From: an uncultured Gammaproteobacteria bacterium
GTDB lineage: Bacteria > Patescibacteriota > Microgenomatia > Levybacterales > UBA12049
DNA: 38,127 bases
Assembly (NCBI GenBank): GCA_964469995.1
Contig: CAYYAC010000001.1
Span: 1 to 38,127, forward strand
Direction: 5' to 3'
Shown: piece after piece, positions 16,653 to 26,514 of the stretch
Layout: each line of letters begins with the position of its first letter
Position numbering within the stretch: the stretch's first letter is position 1
The notes under the pieces: model-generated
What the model was told of the DNA's origin: nothing
The model's database searches: none
The model's input: the letters and a program-made list of their open reading frames with translations, nothing else
Translations under genes and position numbers: made by a program

Positions 16653-18280
16653 TGAAGAAATTATTAAATTGGAGAGTCATATTTATCGTAGGAGTTCTTT
16701 CTGTTTTTTTGTTTCCCTTATTCCACTTTGGAATTTATATTACTCATGATGGAGAAGCGAATATTGCAAGATTCGCAGCATACTTTAAAGCATTTTCAGA
16801 TTTACAATTTCCTCCCCGTTGGGCAGGAGATCTAAATTTTGGATACGGTTCCCCTGTTTTTATATTTTATTATCCTTTGCCCGGATATATCTCATCTGCC
16901 CTGCATTTATTTGGAATTAGTTTCGCTGACACATTTAAGATTATCATGGGAGTTTCTTTTATTTTAAATGGATTGTTTTTCTATCTTTGGTCCAAGAAAA
17001 TATTCAGGAAAGATGTTGCTTTGATAACATCAATTATATATGCATTCTCTCCCTACCATCTACTAGATATGTATGTTAGAGGAGATGTAGCTGAAATACT
17101 AGCGCTATCTATTATTCCCCTTGTCTTTCTATCTATAGAAAAATTTATAGAAAAAAAAGGTTATCTTTGGCTTTTGAGAGGAGGATTTTTTTATGCATTG
17201 TTAATCCTTTCACACAATGGGATCAGTCTTACTTTTACTCCTCTTTTTATTATCTATTGTTTCTTTAGAGCCAAAAATATGAAAATACTTTTTAACCTGT
17301 CTTTGATTTTTATACTAGGACTTTGTCTCTCGGCATTTTTTTGGATACCTGCGATAATGGAATCTAGCTTTGTGAACGCAAAGCTTTTTATAGGAGATAA
17401 TTTTAAGAGCAATTTTCTTAATTTTAATCAGATTGTTTTTTCAAAATGGGGCTTTGGCCCTGATGTAAATAGTCCCGGAGGTTTAGCTCCTCAGATAGGG
17501 ATAGTGTACATATCGAGTTTAATAATTAGCTCTCTGATATTTTTAAGAAATTTAAAAAAAGAAAGATTGTTTGGTTTCTGGATTTGTGCATTCATAGTAA
17601 CTATTTTCATGACTACGTCTTATTCATTTATTTTTTGGAAAAATATAAATACGCTGAAGTTACTGGAGTTTCCATGGAGGTTTATTGCGGTTGCTAGCTT
17701 TACTGCGTCAGCAGCAATAGGATACCTGCTCAATTTAACAAAGAATAAAATAATTTTGTTTTCTGTTCTTCTTGTTTTTCTAATTTCTGTTGTACCTTTT
17801 ATAAAAACTGAAGATTATGAAATAAAATCTGATAGTTTTTATAATGAATATCCATATACTACCTATTTTCATGGAGAAGCGAGTTCTGTTTGGACCGCAG
17901 GAGATTTTTCCGAAAATGCGAAAAATCAATTTGAAGTTATTTCAGGCAGGGCTAAAATCTTAAACATAAATAAAAAATCAGCCTTGCACACTTTTTTAAT
18001 AGATGCAGACAACAATACTAGAATTCTAGATAATACTGTTTATTTTCCCGGGTGGAGAGTAAGCATTGATAATAAAAAAGTTCCAATTGAGTTTCAAGAT
18101 ATAAACCACAGAGGACTTATTACTTTTAGTGTTCCAGAAGGAAAACATTTAATTAACATTAGGTTTGAAGAATCCTTACTAAGGTTGCTTGCTGATATTA
18201 TTAGTGTTGTAGCGCTTATACTATTTATATTGGGGTTTGTATTTAGAAAGAAAATAAAAAATTTCTTTAATAAACTATGA
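16652..18280 (+). CDS. Family-A polytopic membrane protein, putative GT-C-like glycosyltransferase
   Basis: Motifs ITHDGEANIARF, PPRWAGDLNFGYG, SPYHLLDMYVRGDVAE, ILSHN, SAFFWIPAIMES, EFPWRFI and C-terminal NTVYFPGWRVSIDNKKVPIEF...EGKHLINIRF plus a final TM helix. I prefer the ATG at 16652 over the track's GTG at 16640. Confidence 0.8.
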   Translation: MKKLLNWRVIFIVGVLSVFLFPLFHFGIYITHDGEANIARFAAYFKAFSDLQFPPRWAGDLNFGYGSPVFIFYYPLPGYISSALHLFGISFADTFKIIMGVSFILNGLFFYLWSKKIFRKDVALITSIIYAFSPYHLLDMYVRGDVAEILALSIIPLVFLSIEKFIEKKGYLWLLRGGFFYALLILSHNGISLTFTPLFIIYCFFRAKNMKILFNLSLIFILGLCLSAFFWIPAIMESSFVNAKLFIGDNFKSNFLNFNQIVFSKWGFGPDVNSPGGLAPQIGIVYISSLIISSLIFLRNLKKERLFGFWICAFIVTIFMTTSYSFIFWKNINTLKLLEFPWRFIAVASFTASAAIGYLLNLTKNKIILFSVLLVFLISVVPFIKTEDYEIKSDSFYNEYPYTTYFHGEASSVWTAGDFSENAKNQFEVISGRAKILNINKKSALHTFLIDADNNTRILDNTVYFPGWRVSIDNKKVPIEFQDINHRGLITFSVPEGKHLINIRFEESLLRLLADIISVVALILFILGFVFRKKIKNFFNKL

Positions 18281-19944
18281 AAAAACAGCACGTTATATTT
18301 TTGTCTATATTCTTGGTTGGATTATTCTTGAGATTTTATAGGTTGGGAGATATTCCCGTAGGACTGCACAGAGATGAAGCATTCTTTGGATACAATGCAT
18401 ACTCTATTCTTCATACTGCAAAGGACATGAGCGGTAATTTTCTTCCTTTGCATTTGCAGTCTTTCTTGTTTAGTCCCGCAGGGTATTCTTATTTATCTGT
18501 TCCATTTATTTTTCTTTTTGATTTGAGTTCTTTTTCTGTTCGTTTTGCATCTGCTCTGTTTGGCAGTTTGATGGTTTTGCTCTGTTATTTTCTGTCTCTG
18601 GAGATATTTGCAAACAACAGAAACAAAGAGAGCATCGGATTGCTTAGCGCATTATGCCTCGCCGTATCTCCATGGAATATAAATTTAGCAAGAACAGCAA
18701 CAGAAAGTACGGTAGTGGTGTTTTTTATAACTCTAGCGACACTTATTTTTATAAAGGGTTTTAAAAATAAAAAATTTTATTTACTTTTTATTTCTTTTGT
18801 TTTTTATTTTCTTACGCTTTTTATATATCAGGCTCCAAGAGCTTTTCTTCCTATTTTTATTCCTGTTATTTTGGTCTTTTCGCTTACCAAAATTAAGGAA
18901 ATTAAAAACAATTTAAAACTTTTGTTTCTATTTTTATGCCTAATTATTCTTCCTGTGGTTTTGATAGTTTTTTCAAATGAATTATCTCTTAGAATAAGAA
19001 CATTAAGCGTTTTTTCCAATAGTCATGCCAGTTCATCAATTCAAGAATACATAAGTACAGATGGGATAAGTTCTGTAAATACCATATTTACTAGAGTTTT
19101 TCATAATAAAATTGAAGCGTACTCAGCAGAGGTAATTAAAAATTACTTTAAGCATTTTTCATATGATTTTCTTTTTACAGACAGCGGTCTGCCTGATAGA
19201 TATAGAATTCCATCAATGGGAATAATGTATGTCTTTGATTTACCTCTATTGTTGTTTGGAATTTGGAAAATCATTGGCAGAAAGCAAAAATCAGAATTGT
19301 TTCTTTTGATATGGATTGCCCTTGCTCCAATAGGCAGTGCCCTCACATTTGATGATATTCCAAATTTGCAGAGAACTTTGATTGTTTTCCCCGCGCTGTC
19401 TATGGTAATTGGAGTTGGGGCATTTTATCTTATTTCTTATTTACTAAATTATAGAAATACAGGTAAGTATGTTTTACTTGGTTTATTATTTATTGTTTTT
19501 TATTCATTTGGTTTCTATATTCACCAATACTACGTGCATGCTTCAGCTTACAACCCTTGGTATAGGCAAGATGGATATAAGCAATTAGTTGCAAGGGTAA
19601 ATAATTTTTTACCTGGATACAGCAGGGCTGTTATAACAAATAGAGAATCTGCTCCGTCTGTATTTTTTCTTTTTTATCTAAAGTACAGCCCATCTAAATT
19701 TCAAAAAGAGTCAGCAATGTCAAACAAAAATACTTCCGATAGTACTTCTTTTGATAAATTCTATTTTTCAGAGGAAGAATGTCCCTTTGGCTCTGCAGAC
19801 ATAAAACCCATTGTCCCTCCTCAAAAGAATGTTTTATATGTAAATAGCGGGAATTGTAAAGCTCCACAAAATGCTAAGATATTGGATATAATTAAAAGAA
19901 CAGACGGATCAGAGGCATTTGAGATACTTTCTTTAAATGAATAA
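18277..19944 (+). CDS. PMT/ArnT-like (GT39/GT83-type) GT-C membrane glycosyltransferase, tandem copy 1
   Basis: 555 aa. Motifs LHRDEAFFGYNAYS (DE motif in the first loop) and VSPWNINLARTATES. Polytopic core plus a ~130-aa soluble C-terminus (FFLFYLKYSPSKFQ). ATGA overlap upstream. Confidence 0.8.
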   Translation: MKKQHVIFLSIFLVGLFLRFYRLGDIPVGLHRDEAFFGYNAYSILHTAKDMSGNFLPLHLQSFLFSPAGYSYLSVPFIFLFDLSSFSVRFASALFGSLMVLLCYFLSLEIFANNRNKESIGLLSALCLAVSPWNINLARTATESTVVVFFITLATLIFIKGFKNKKFYLLFISFVFYFLTLFIYQAPRAFLPIFIPVILVFSLTKIKEIKNNLKLLFLFLCLIILPVVLIVFSNELSLRIRTLSVFSNSHASSSIQEYISTDGISSVNTIFTRVFHNKIEAYSAEVIKNYFKHFSYDFLFTDSGLPDRYRIPSMGIMYVFDLPLLLFGIWKIIGRKQKSELFLLIWIALAPIGSALTFDDIPNLQRTLIVFPALSMVIGVGAFYLISYLLNYRNTGKYVLLGLLFIVFYSFGFYIHQYYVHASAYNPWYRQDGYKQLVARVNNFLPGYSRAVITNRESAPSVFFLFYLKYSPSKFQKESAMSNKNTSDSTSFDKFYFSEEECPFGSADIKPIVPPQKNVLYVNSGNCKAPQNAKILDIIKRTDGSEAFEILSLNE

Positions 19945-21577
19945 AATTCTTAATTGGAAATTTTTACTTATTCTCTTTGTAGCAGTTTTTTTGCGTTTTT
20001 ATCAGCTTGGAATAAATCCTCCATCTTTGACTTGGGACGAGGCTTCCTGGGGATACAACGCATATTCTTTGGGAATTGATGGAAAAGATGAATTTGGAAG
20101 ATTTCTCCCGCATGATTTCTTAGAATCATTTGGAGATTTTAAGCCACCAATGTACGCATATTTAGATACCTTTCCTGTAAAAATGTTTGGCTTAAATGAA
20201 TTTTCAACAAGATTCCCATCTGCATTTTTTGGAGTTTTAACTGTAATTTTTACATATTTTTTAACAAAGAACATATTTTACAAATCGGAAAATAGAAACA
20301 AATATGCTCTTTTTGCATCTTTTGTTCTTGCGATATCTCCCTGGCATATAATGCTTTCAAGAGCCGCTTTTGAAGCAAATGTTGCCACCTTTTTCCTTGT
20401 GTTTGGGGTATTTTCTTTTCTTGAGGGGATTCAAAGTAAAAAATGGTTTCTTATTTTATCTGCAATCTCATTTACTCTGTCTATGTATACTTTTAATACC
20501 GCAAGAATCATTGCTCCGCTTTTGGTAATTATATTAGCGGCAGGTTTTAGAAAAGAATTGATTAGATGCAGAAAAGAAACAATAATAGCAATTATTATAG
20601 GGGTTGTGTTAATTTTGCCTACAGCAAAATTTTTACTTTCTCCTCAGGCGGGGCTTAGGTTTAAGGAAGTAAACATATTTTCAGATTCGGGAGCTATAGA
20701 TACTTCAAATACGGAAATAGCAAATGATAACAATAATTTAGTTTCCAAAGTTTTGCACAATAGGAGGTTTATATATGCATCAAGTTTTGTTAATCATTAT
20801 TTTGATAATTTAAGTCCGAGCTTTCTTTTTATAAAAGGGGATGGAAATCCAAAATTTTCAACTCAGAATGTGGGTCAGATGTATCTTTGGGATTTGCCAT
20901 TTTTTATTGCGGGCATTTTATTTATTTTCAAAAAAAGAGAAGGAGCTTGGTGGATTATTCCGTTATGGCTTCTTGTTGCAATAATTCCAGCTGCAACTGC
21001 AAGAGAGACGCCCCATGCGCTGAGAGTTGAAGCTGCTTTGCCCATGTTTCAGATTATGACTGCAGTTGGGATTGTTATATTTTTGAATTTCATAAAGAGC
21101 GTAATTTCAAAAGCGAACGCAAGGACTATAATTTTTGGATTAACATTTTTCTTTCTTTTATTTAATTTTGCATATTTTTACCATGAATATTTAACATATT
21201 ATCCTCAAGAATTTTCAGGAGAGTGGCAATATGGATATAGAGATTCAATTAACTACATTTTAGTAAATCAAAATAAATACGATCAGATTAATATTACAAC
21301 AGAGTTAGGCAGACCTTATATATATTATCTTTTTTACGAAAAGACAAATCCTATAATTTTTAGAAAAAGTGCGCAAATTACAAGAGATTCTTTTGGGTTT
21401 GTTTCCGTAAATGGATTTGGAAAATATAAATTTGCTCAAAATTTGGGAGATATTAAGAATCCGAGCAAAAAAATACTGTATATAAATATCCCTAAAAATA
21501 CTCCTTCAAAAGCAAACATAATTAAAAACTTTTACTTGCTTAACGGGGGAATATCTTTACAGGCTTATACTTTGTGA
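19937..21577 (+). CDS. PMT/ArnT-like GT-C membrane glycosyltransferase, tandem copy 2
   Basis: 546 aa. Motifs LTWDEASWGYNAYS, ISPWHIMLSRAAFEAN, PHALRVEAALPMFQI and C-terminal YIYYLFYEKTNP. ATGAATAA overlap upstream. Confidence 0.8.
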   Translation: MNKILNWKFLLILFVAVFLRFYQLGINPPSLTWDEASWGYNAYSLGIDGKDEFGRFLPHDFLESFGDFKPPMYAYLDTFPVKMFGLNEFSTRFPSAFFGVLTVIFTYFLTKNIFYKSENRNKYALFASFVLAISPWHIMLSRAAFEANVATFFLVFGVFSFLEGIQSKKWFLILSAISFTLSMYTFNTARIIAPLLVIILAAGFRKELIRCRKETIIAIIIGVVLILPTAKFLLSPQAGLRFKEVNIFSDSGAIDTSNTEIANDNNNLVSKVLHNRRFIYASSFVNHYFDNLSPSFLFIKGDGNPKFSTQNVGQMYLWDLPFFIAGILFIFKKREGAWWIIPLWLLVAIIPAATARETPHALRVEAALPMFQIMTAVGIVIFLNFIKSVISKANARTIIFGLTFFFLLFNFAYFYHEYLTYYPQEFSGEWQYGYRDSINYILVNQNKYDQINITTELGRPYIYYLFYEKTNPIIFRKSAQITRDSFGFVSVNGFGKYKFAQNLGDIKNPSKKILYINIPKNTPSKANIIKNFYLLNGGISLQAYTL

Positions 21578-21578
21578 T

Positions 21579-23243
21579 ATGAATAAGAAAGCGTTTTTAC
21601 TTTTATTGTTAGTAATCTTTGCAGGAGCAATTCTAAGATTTTGGCAATTGGGAAAAGTTCCCATATCCCCAGATTGGGATGAAGTTGCCCTTGGATATAA
21701 TGCATATTCAATGATGCAAACAGGAAGAGATGAATATGGAAAATTTCTCCCTATTGTTATGCGTTCTTTTGATGATTATAAGCCTGCTCTATATTCTTAT
21801 ATTGCAATTCCATCGGTTGCCATTTTTGGGCTAAATGTTTTTGCCGTAAGACTTCCTTCTGCTATTTTTGGCATTTTGACAATTATCGCAGTCTACTTCT
21901 TACTAAGAGAGCTTTTTGGTAAAAAGGGTTTAAAAATTGAAGCAAAGGGTTTTATCTTTGATATCCCAATTGTGGGAGCTTTTCTTTTAGCAATTTCTCC
22001 TTGGCATATTCAGTTTTCAAGAATTGCATTTGAATCTAATATTGGACTTTCTTTCAATATATTTGCCGCCTTATTTTTTATCAAAGGATTAAAAAAACCT
22101 TGGTTACTTTCACTTTCTACTGTTTTTGCTGCTCTGTCGATATATGTTTATCAAAGTGAAAAAGTCTTTACTCCGTTATTTTTTCTGGCCTTGGTGATTA
22201 TTTATTCAAAGGGATTACTTTCAAAACCTAAAAAATATATAATTTCCGCGACAATTTTTGGATTCATTCTTATTATTCCAATGCTTTTTTATACGCTTGG
22301 AAACTCAAATGCCTTAGAAAGGGCAAAGGGGGTAAGTATTTTTTCCGGTAGTACTCAGCTTCTGGCTCAAGATACAAAAAGATTGCTTTTAGATAGTAAA
22401 AATCATGATTTTTTAGGCTTGGTCTTAGATAACAGAAGGATTATGTTTACAAAAGAAATTATTAGCGGATATTTATCACACTTTGATTTTAATTGGCTCT
22501 TTATAACTGGAGACATTTCTCGTCATCACGCACCTAGCATGGGGCTTTTATATCTACTTGAATTGCCATTTTTACTCATTGGGATTTATTTTCTCATATT
22601 TGGTCCATTTGACAGAAAAACTAAAATTTTTATATTTGCGTGGTTTCTGATTGTTCCAATTCCTGCTTCAATTACGACAGGAGTCCCTCATGCGGTAAGG
22701 ACTCTTAATTTTCTGCCAACGTTTCAGATATTTACGGCAATAGGAATAGTTATTTCGGTAATTTTTATAAAAAGATTTAAATATTATCCTATTCTTTTCA
22801 TCATATTTATTTTTATATTTGGGTTTAATTTTTTATATTTCTTAGATCAATATTTTATTCAGCAGAATTATTTTAATGCTAAGGATTGGCAATATGGATA
22901 TGAGAAGATTGTGCCAAAGATACAAAAAATATCGAAAAATTATAAAAAGATTATAGTGTCAAACCAAGCTCCAATGGACCAATCGTACATGTTTTTTCTT
23001 TTTTACATGAAATATTCTCCTAAGCTTTATCAAACTGAAAGCATTAATGCTTCGGGTGGTTTTAGAGAGAATCATTCTTTCTCTAATTTTGAATTTAGAC
23101 CAATAAAATGGCGGGAAGATCAAAAATTGTCAAACACTTTGTTTATTGGACGCCCAGATGATTTTTCTGGCTCTGTCAGCTCTATTTCTAGTGTCAATTA
23201 TCCAAATGGAGAAGGAGCAATGAAACTTGTTGAGGTAAAATGA
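21579..23243 (+). CDS. PMT/ArnT-like GT-C membrane glycosyltransferase, tandem copy 3
   Basis: 554 aa. Motifs PDWDEVALGYNAYS, ISPWHIQFSRIAFESN, PHAVRTLNFLPTFQI and C-terminal SYMFFLFYMKYSPKLYQ and FSNFEFRPIKW. Confidence 0.8.
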   Translation: MNKKAFLLLLLVIFAGAILRFWQLGKVPISPDWDEVALGYNAYSMMQTGRDEYGKFLPIVMRSFDDYKPALYSYIAIPSVAIFGLNVFAVRLPSAIFGILTIIAVYFLLRELFGKKGLKIEAKGFIFDIPIVGAFLLAISPWHIQFSRIAFESNIGLSFNIFAALFFIKGLKKPWLLSLSTVFAALSIYVYQSEKVFTPLFFLALVIIYSKGLLSKPKKYIISATIFGFILIIPMLFYTLGNSNALERAKGVSIFSGSTQLLAQDTKRLLLDSKNHDFLGLVLDNRRIMFTKEIISGYLSHFDFNWLFITGDISRHHAPSMGLLYLLELPFLLIGIYFLIFGPFDRKTKIFIFAWFLIVPIPASITTGVPHAVRTLNFLPTFQIFTAIGIVISVIFIKRFKYYPILFIIFIFIFGFNFLYFLDQYFIQQNYFNAKDWQYGYEKIVPKIQKISKNYKKIIVSNQAPMDQSYMFFLFYMKYSPKLYQTESINASGGFRENHSFSNFEFRPIKWREDQKLSNTLFIGRPDDFSGSVSSISSVNYPNGEGAMKLVEVK

Positions 23244-24880
23244 GTAAAATCTCTTTATATTTGCTTTTAATAGTTTTAATTGCTTTTGTTTTTAGGTTAT
23301 ATCAAATCTCCAGCGTACCTCCCAGCGCTTCATTAGATGAAGCAACTATCGGGTGGAATGCCTATTCAATTCTAAATACAGGAGCAGACGAGTATGGATA
23401 CAAATTTCCTATTCTTCTTAGGGCATATGATGATTGGAGGCCTGCGCTCTATGTCTATTTAGTTTTGCCGTTTGTTAAACTTTTGGGACTGGGCATTTTG
23501 TCCGTAAGACTTCCTTCAGTTATTTTGGGAACAATCTCTGTTCTTGGTACCTATTTTTTGATAATGGAGCTTTTTATCAAATATAAATACAGAGATTATC
23601 TTGCTCTTTTATCATCTTTTTTTCTTGCTATTTCTCCTTGGAGTATTTATATTTCCCGGCTAGGACATGAAGCCAATGCAGGATTTGCATTTGGTATTTT
23701 ATCTGTATTCTTCTTTTTAAAATTCAAAAATACCTTAGGTAGAATTAATATCTATCTTGCTTCTTTATTTTTTGCTTTATCTTTTTATGCATATCAATCT
23801 GAAAAAATATTTATTCCCTCTATTGTTATACTGCTTGCACTGCTGTTTAGGAGAGAGCTTCTAAAAAGAAAAAAAGATATAATTTTTGCATTTATTCTGG
23901 GTTTTATTATTTTAATACCTGTCTTGAAAGAGACACTTTCTCCAAACGGCCTCATAAGGCTTAAGGGTACAACTGCGTTTGATATTACAAGAGCAGAATA
24001 TGTACAGGCTGCAACAGAAAGACTCAAGGCAAGGAATGATAAAAATTTCATAGCGGAGCTTATTAATAATAATAGGATAATAACGTCAGAAATTTTTATT
24101 GGGAATTATATTTCACACTTTAATCCCTTGTGGCTTTTTTCAAATTATGGATTGGAAGATTTTAAAGTTCCTGGAATGGGACTTATGTTCTTGTTTGAAA
24201 TTCCATTAATGTTAATAGGAATTGCATATTTATTTTTTGGAAATTTTGATAAAAAAATAAAAATCTTAATTGGAGTATGGATACTTATTTCCCCCGTTGC
24301 TAGTTCTATATCAACAGGTGCTCCGCAGGCAATGAGATTTTATATTGTACTTCCTACCTTTCAAATAATTTCCTCTCTTGGTCTTTTGTATTTGATAAGC
24401 TTAGCTAAGAAAGATTCTACAAGAAAAACCATTTTTTCTTTAACTATTGGAGTAATGGTTTCAAGTATCGTATTCCTCATAAATCAATATTTTATTGAGT
24501 TTCCAAAGCAAAATTCTTCCTCTTTTCAATATGCAATTTCAAACGCAATGGGTTTTATAATTAAGAATGAAGATAAATACAAAAAGATTGTAATCTCTAA
24601 TAGAAAAAACTTAAACCAATCTTATATGTTTCTGCTATTCTATTCTAAGTATGACCCAATTTTATATCAGAAGCAGGGAGGTACAAAATCCGCTGGATTT
24701 GAAGCAACTCACAGATTTTCAAATTTTGAATTCAGAGCTTTAAATTGGTCAAATGATAAATATGCAAAGAATACTTTATTTATTGCAAATACTTCATCTA
24801 TTCCAAAAGGGGAAAAAGCACTAAAGATATTTGCAAATCTTAATAACCAGGGGGTAATAGAAGTAATATGGAAAAAATGA
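23240..24880 (+). CDS. PMT/ArnT-like GT-C membrane glycosyltransferase, tandem copy 4
   Basis: 546 aa. Motifs ASLDEATIGWNAYS, ISPWSIYISRLGHEAN, PQAMRFYIVLPTFQI and C-terminal SYMFLLFYSKYDPILYQ and FSNFEFRALNW. Copy 3 is its closest relative. ATGA overlap upstream. Confidence 0.8.
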   Translation: MSKISLYLLLIVLIAFVFRLYQISSVPPSASLDEATIGWNAYSILNTGADEYGYKFPILLRAYDDWRPALYVYLVLPFVKLLGLGILSVRLPSVILGTISVLGTYFLIMELFIKYKYRDYLALLSSFFLAISPWSIYISRLGHEANAGFAFGILSVFFFLKFKNTLGRINIYLASLFFALSFYAYQSEKIFIPSIVILLALLFRRELLKRKKDIIFAFILGFIILIPVLKETLSPNGLIRLKGTTAFDITRAEYVQAATERLKARNDKNFIAELINNNRIITSEIFIGNYISHFNPLWLFSNYGLEDFKVPGMGLMFLFEIPLMLIGIAYLFFGNFDKKIKILIGVWILISPVASSISTGAPQAMRFYIVLPTFQIISSLGLLYLISLAKKDSTRKTIFSLTIGVMVSSIVFLINQYFIEFPKQNSSSFQYAISNAMGFIIKNEDKYKKIVISNRKNLNQSYMFLLFYSKYDPILYQKQGGTKSAGFEATHRFSNFEFRALNWSNDKYAKNTLFIANTSSIPKGEKALKIFANLNNQGVIEVIWKK

Positions 24881-26514
24881 AATCAAAATTATTTTTTATT
24901 CTAGTTTTACTATTAGGATTTATGGTTATCCTAGATTTATTCCACGCAGGTCTTCCCATAACTCATGATGGTCAGGATCATGTTGCTAGAATTGCAAATT
25001 TTTATACATCCTTAGCAGAGGGAAATATTATTCCAAGATGGGCAGGGAATCTAAATTGGGGGTATGGTCATCCAATTTTAGAATTTCTTTATCCCTTGCC
25101 ATCATATACTGCTTCTTTCTTCCATTTTGTAGGTTTTTCTTTGATAGATTCGGTTAAATTTGTATTTGGTCTTGGAATTATTTTATCCGGAATTTTTATG
25201 TTTGTCTGGCTAGCTGAATTTCTAGGACCTGAAGCATCTTTGGTAGGAAGTATTTTGTATATGCTCGCGCCTTATAGATTGGTTGATCTTTATGTAAGAG
25301 GTGATATCGGTGAAAATCTTGCCTTTGCTTTTATGCCATTTGCCCTATATTTTATTCTTAAGCTTAGCAGGAAAGTAAAAGCTCACTATATTTTAGCAGT
25401 AGCATCCGGAATCGCCTTACTAATACTTTCCCATAACGCTATAAGTTTGATTTTTATGCCCTTTATTGTTTTTTATGGATTGTTTATTGGTTTTTATACA
25501 AAAGAAAAGAAAAGATATTTTCTAAACTTTGCTTTTAGTGTTGTTCTTGGACTTGGATTGTCTGCATTTTTTTGGATACCTGGACTTCTAGAAGCAAAAT
25601 ATACGTTAAGAAATATTGTCACAAAGGGCGGATATCTTGCAAACTTTGTTAATCTTGAGTCAATTTTTTATGGACCATGGAATTATGGAATATCTGGTCA
25701 ATTCACTGTTCAGTATGGAATTATGCAATGGTTATTTATAATTATCTCTCCGTTTGTTGTCATATATCTTAAATTGAAAAAAAATAAAGATTTGATTATT
25801 TTATATTCTTTAATAATTTATTTACTTCTTGCGACTTTTATAATGTTTCCTCAGTCTAATTTTATATGGAGCAGATTTATTATTTTACAAAACTTTCAAT
25901 TTCCCTGGAGGTTTCTTGGAATAATTGTTTTTTCTTCTTCTTTTATTGCAGCTTTAGTTTATTCTAAAATGCCAAACAAAATTCAAAAATATGCAATTGT
26001 ACTTTTTATTATTTTGTTTTTGCTTTTGAATAAAGATTATTGGCACGCAAGCGGTTATTCTCAGAAGCCAGAGCAATTTTTTACCGGTATTTATAATTCA
26101 ACAACAGACACAGGAGAAAGTTCTCCAATTTGGTCAATAAGATTTATGGAGAAAAGGCCGATTGTTCCAATGGAAGTAATAGGAGGAAAGGGAACTGTAG
26201 TGGAAACTTTAAGAAGATCTACTTTGCATTCATATAAAATAGAAGCTTTAGACAAAGTTCAGCTCAGAGAAAATACTGTTTATTTTCCTGGGTGGGAAGT
26301 AAGAGTAGATGGAAAAACAGTTCCAATTGAATTTCAAAGCGGAGTAAACAGAGGAGTTATTACCTTTTTTGTAGAAAGAGGAAAGCATAGTGTTGATGTA
26401 GTATATACTGAAACAAGGCTCAGATTTATTTCAGATTTGATAAGTGCTGGTTCACTTTTCATGATTTTGATTTATAATATCTGGAGCATTAAATTATGGC
26501 GAAAATTTCTGTAG
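24868..26514 (+). CDS. Family-A polytopic membrane protein, putative GT-C-like glycosyltransferase
   Basis: Motifs ITHDGQDHVARI, IPRWAGNLNWGYG, APYRLVDLYVRGDIGE, ILSHN, SAFFWIPGLLEA, FQFPWRFL and NTVYFPGWEVRVDGKTVPIEF...RGKHSVDVVY. An in-frame ATG at 24877 would instead give an ATGA overlap with the upstream stop. Confidence 0.8.
   Translation: MEKMKSKLFFILVLLLGFMVILDLFHAGLPITHDGQDHVARIANFYTSLAEGNIIPRWAGNLNWGYGHPILEFLYPLPSYTASFFHFVGFSLIDSVKFVFGLGIILSGIFMFVWLAEFLGPEASLVGSILYMLAPYRLVDLYVRGDIGENLAFAFMPFALYFILKLSRKVKAHYILAVASGIALLILSHNAISLIFMPFIVFYGLFIGFYTKEKKRYFLNFAFSVVLGLGLSAFFWIPGLLEAKYTLRNIVTKGGYLANFVNLESIFYGPWNYGISGQFTVQYGIMQWLFIIISPFVVIYLKLKKNKDLIILYSLIIYLLLATFIMFPQSNFIWSRFIILQNFQFPWRFLGIIVFSSSFIAALVYSKMPNKIQKYAIVLFIILFLLLNKDYWHASGYSQKPEQFFTGIYNSTTDTGESSPIWSIRFMEKRPIVPMEVIGGKGTVVETLRRSTLHSYKIEALDKVQLRENTVYFPGWEVRVDGKTVPIEFQSGVNRGVITFFVERGKHSVDVVYTETRLRFISDLISAGSLFMILIYNIWSIKLWRKFL

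Noticed and set aside
26271-26340. A ~70-nt DNA similarity between 18031-18100 and 26271-26340, plus the conserved actcatgatgg strings, considered as dispersed repeat elements.
   Set aside because: They lie in frame inside paralogous genes and encode the conserved YFPGW...VPIEFQ and THDG motifs. They reflect paralog conservation, or possibly local gene conversion, and are not independent repeats or mobile-element ends.
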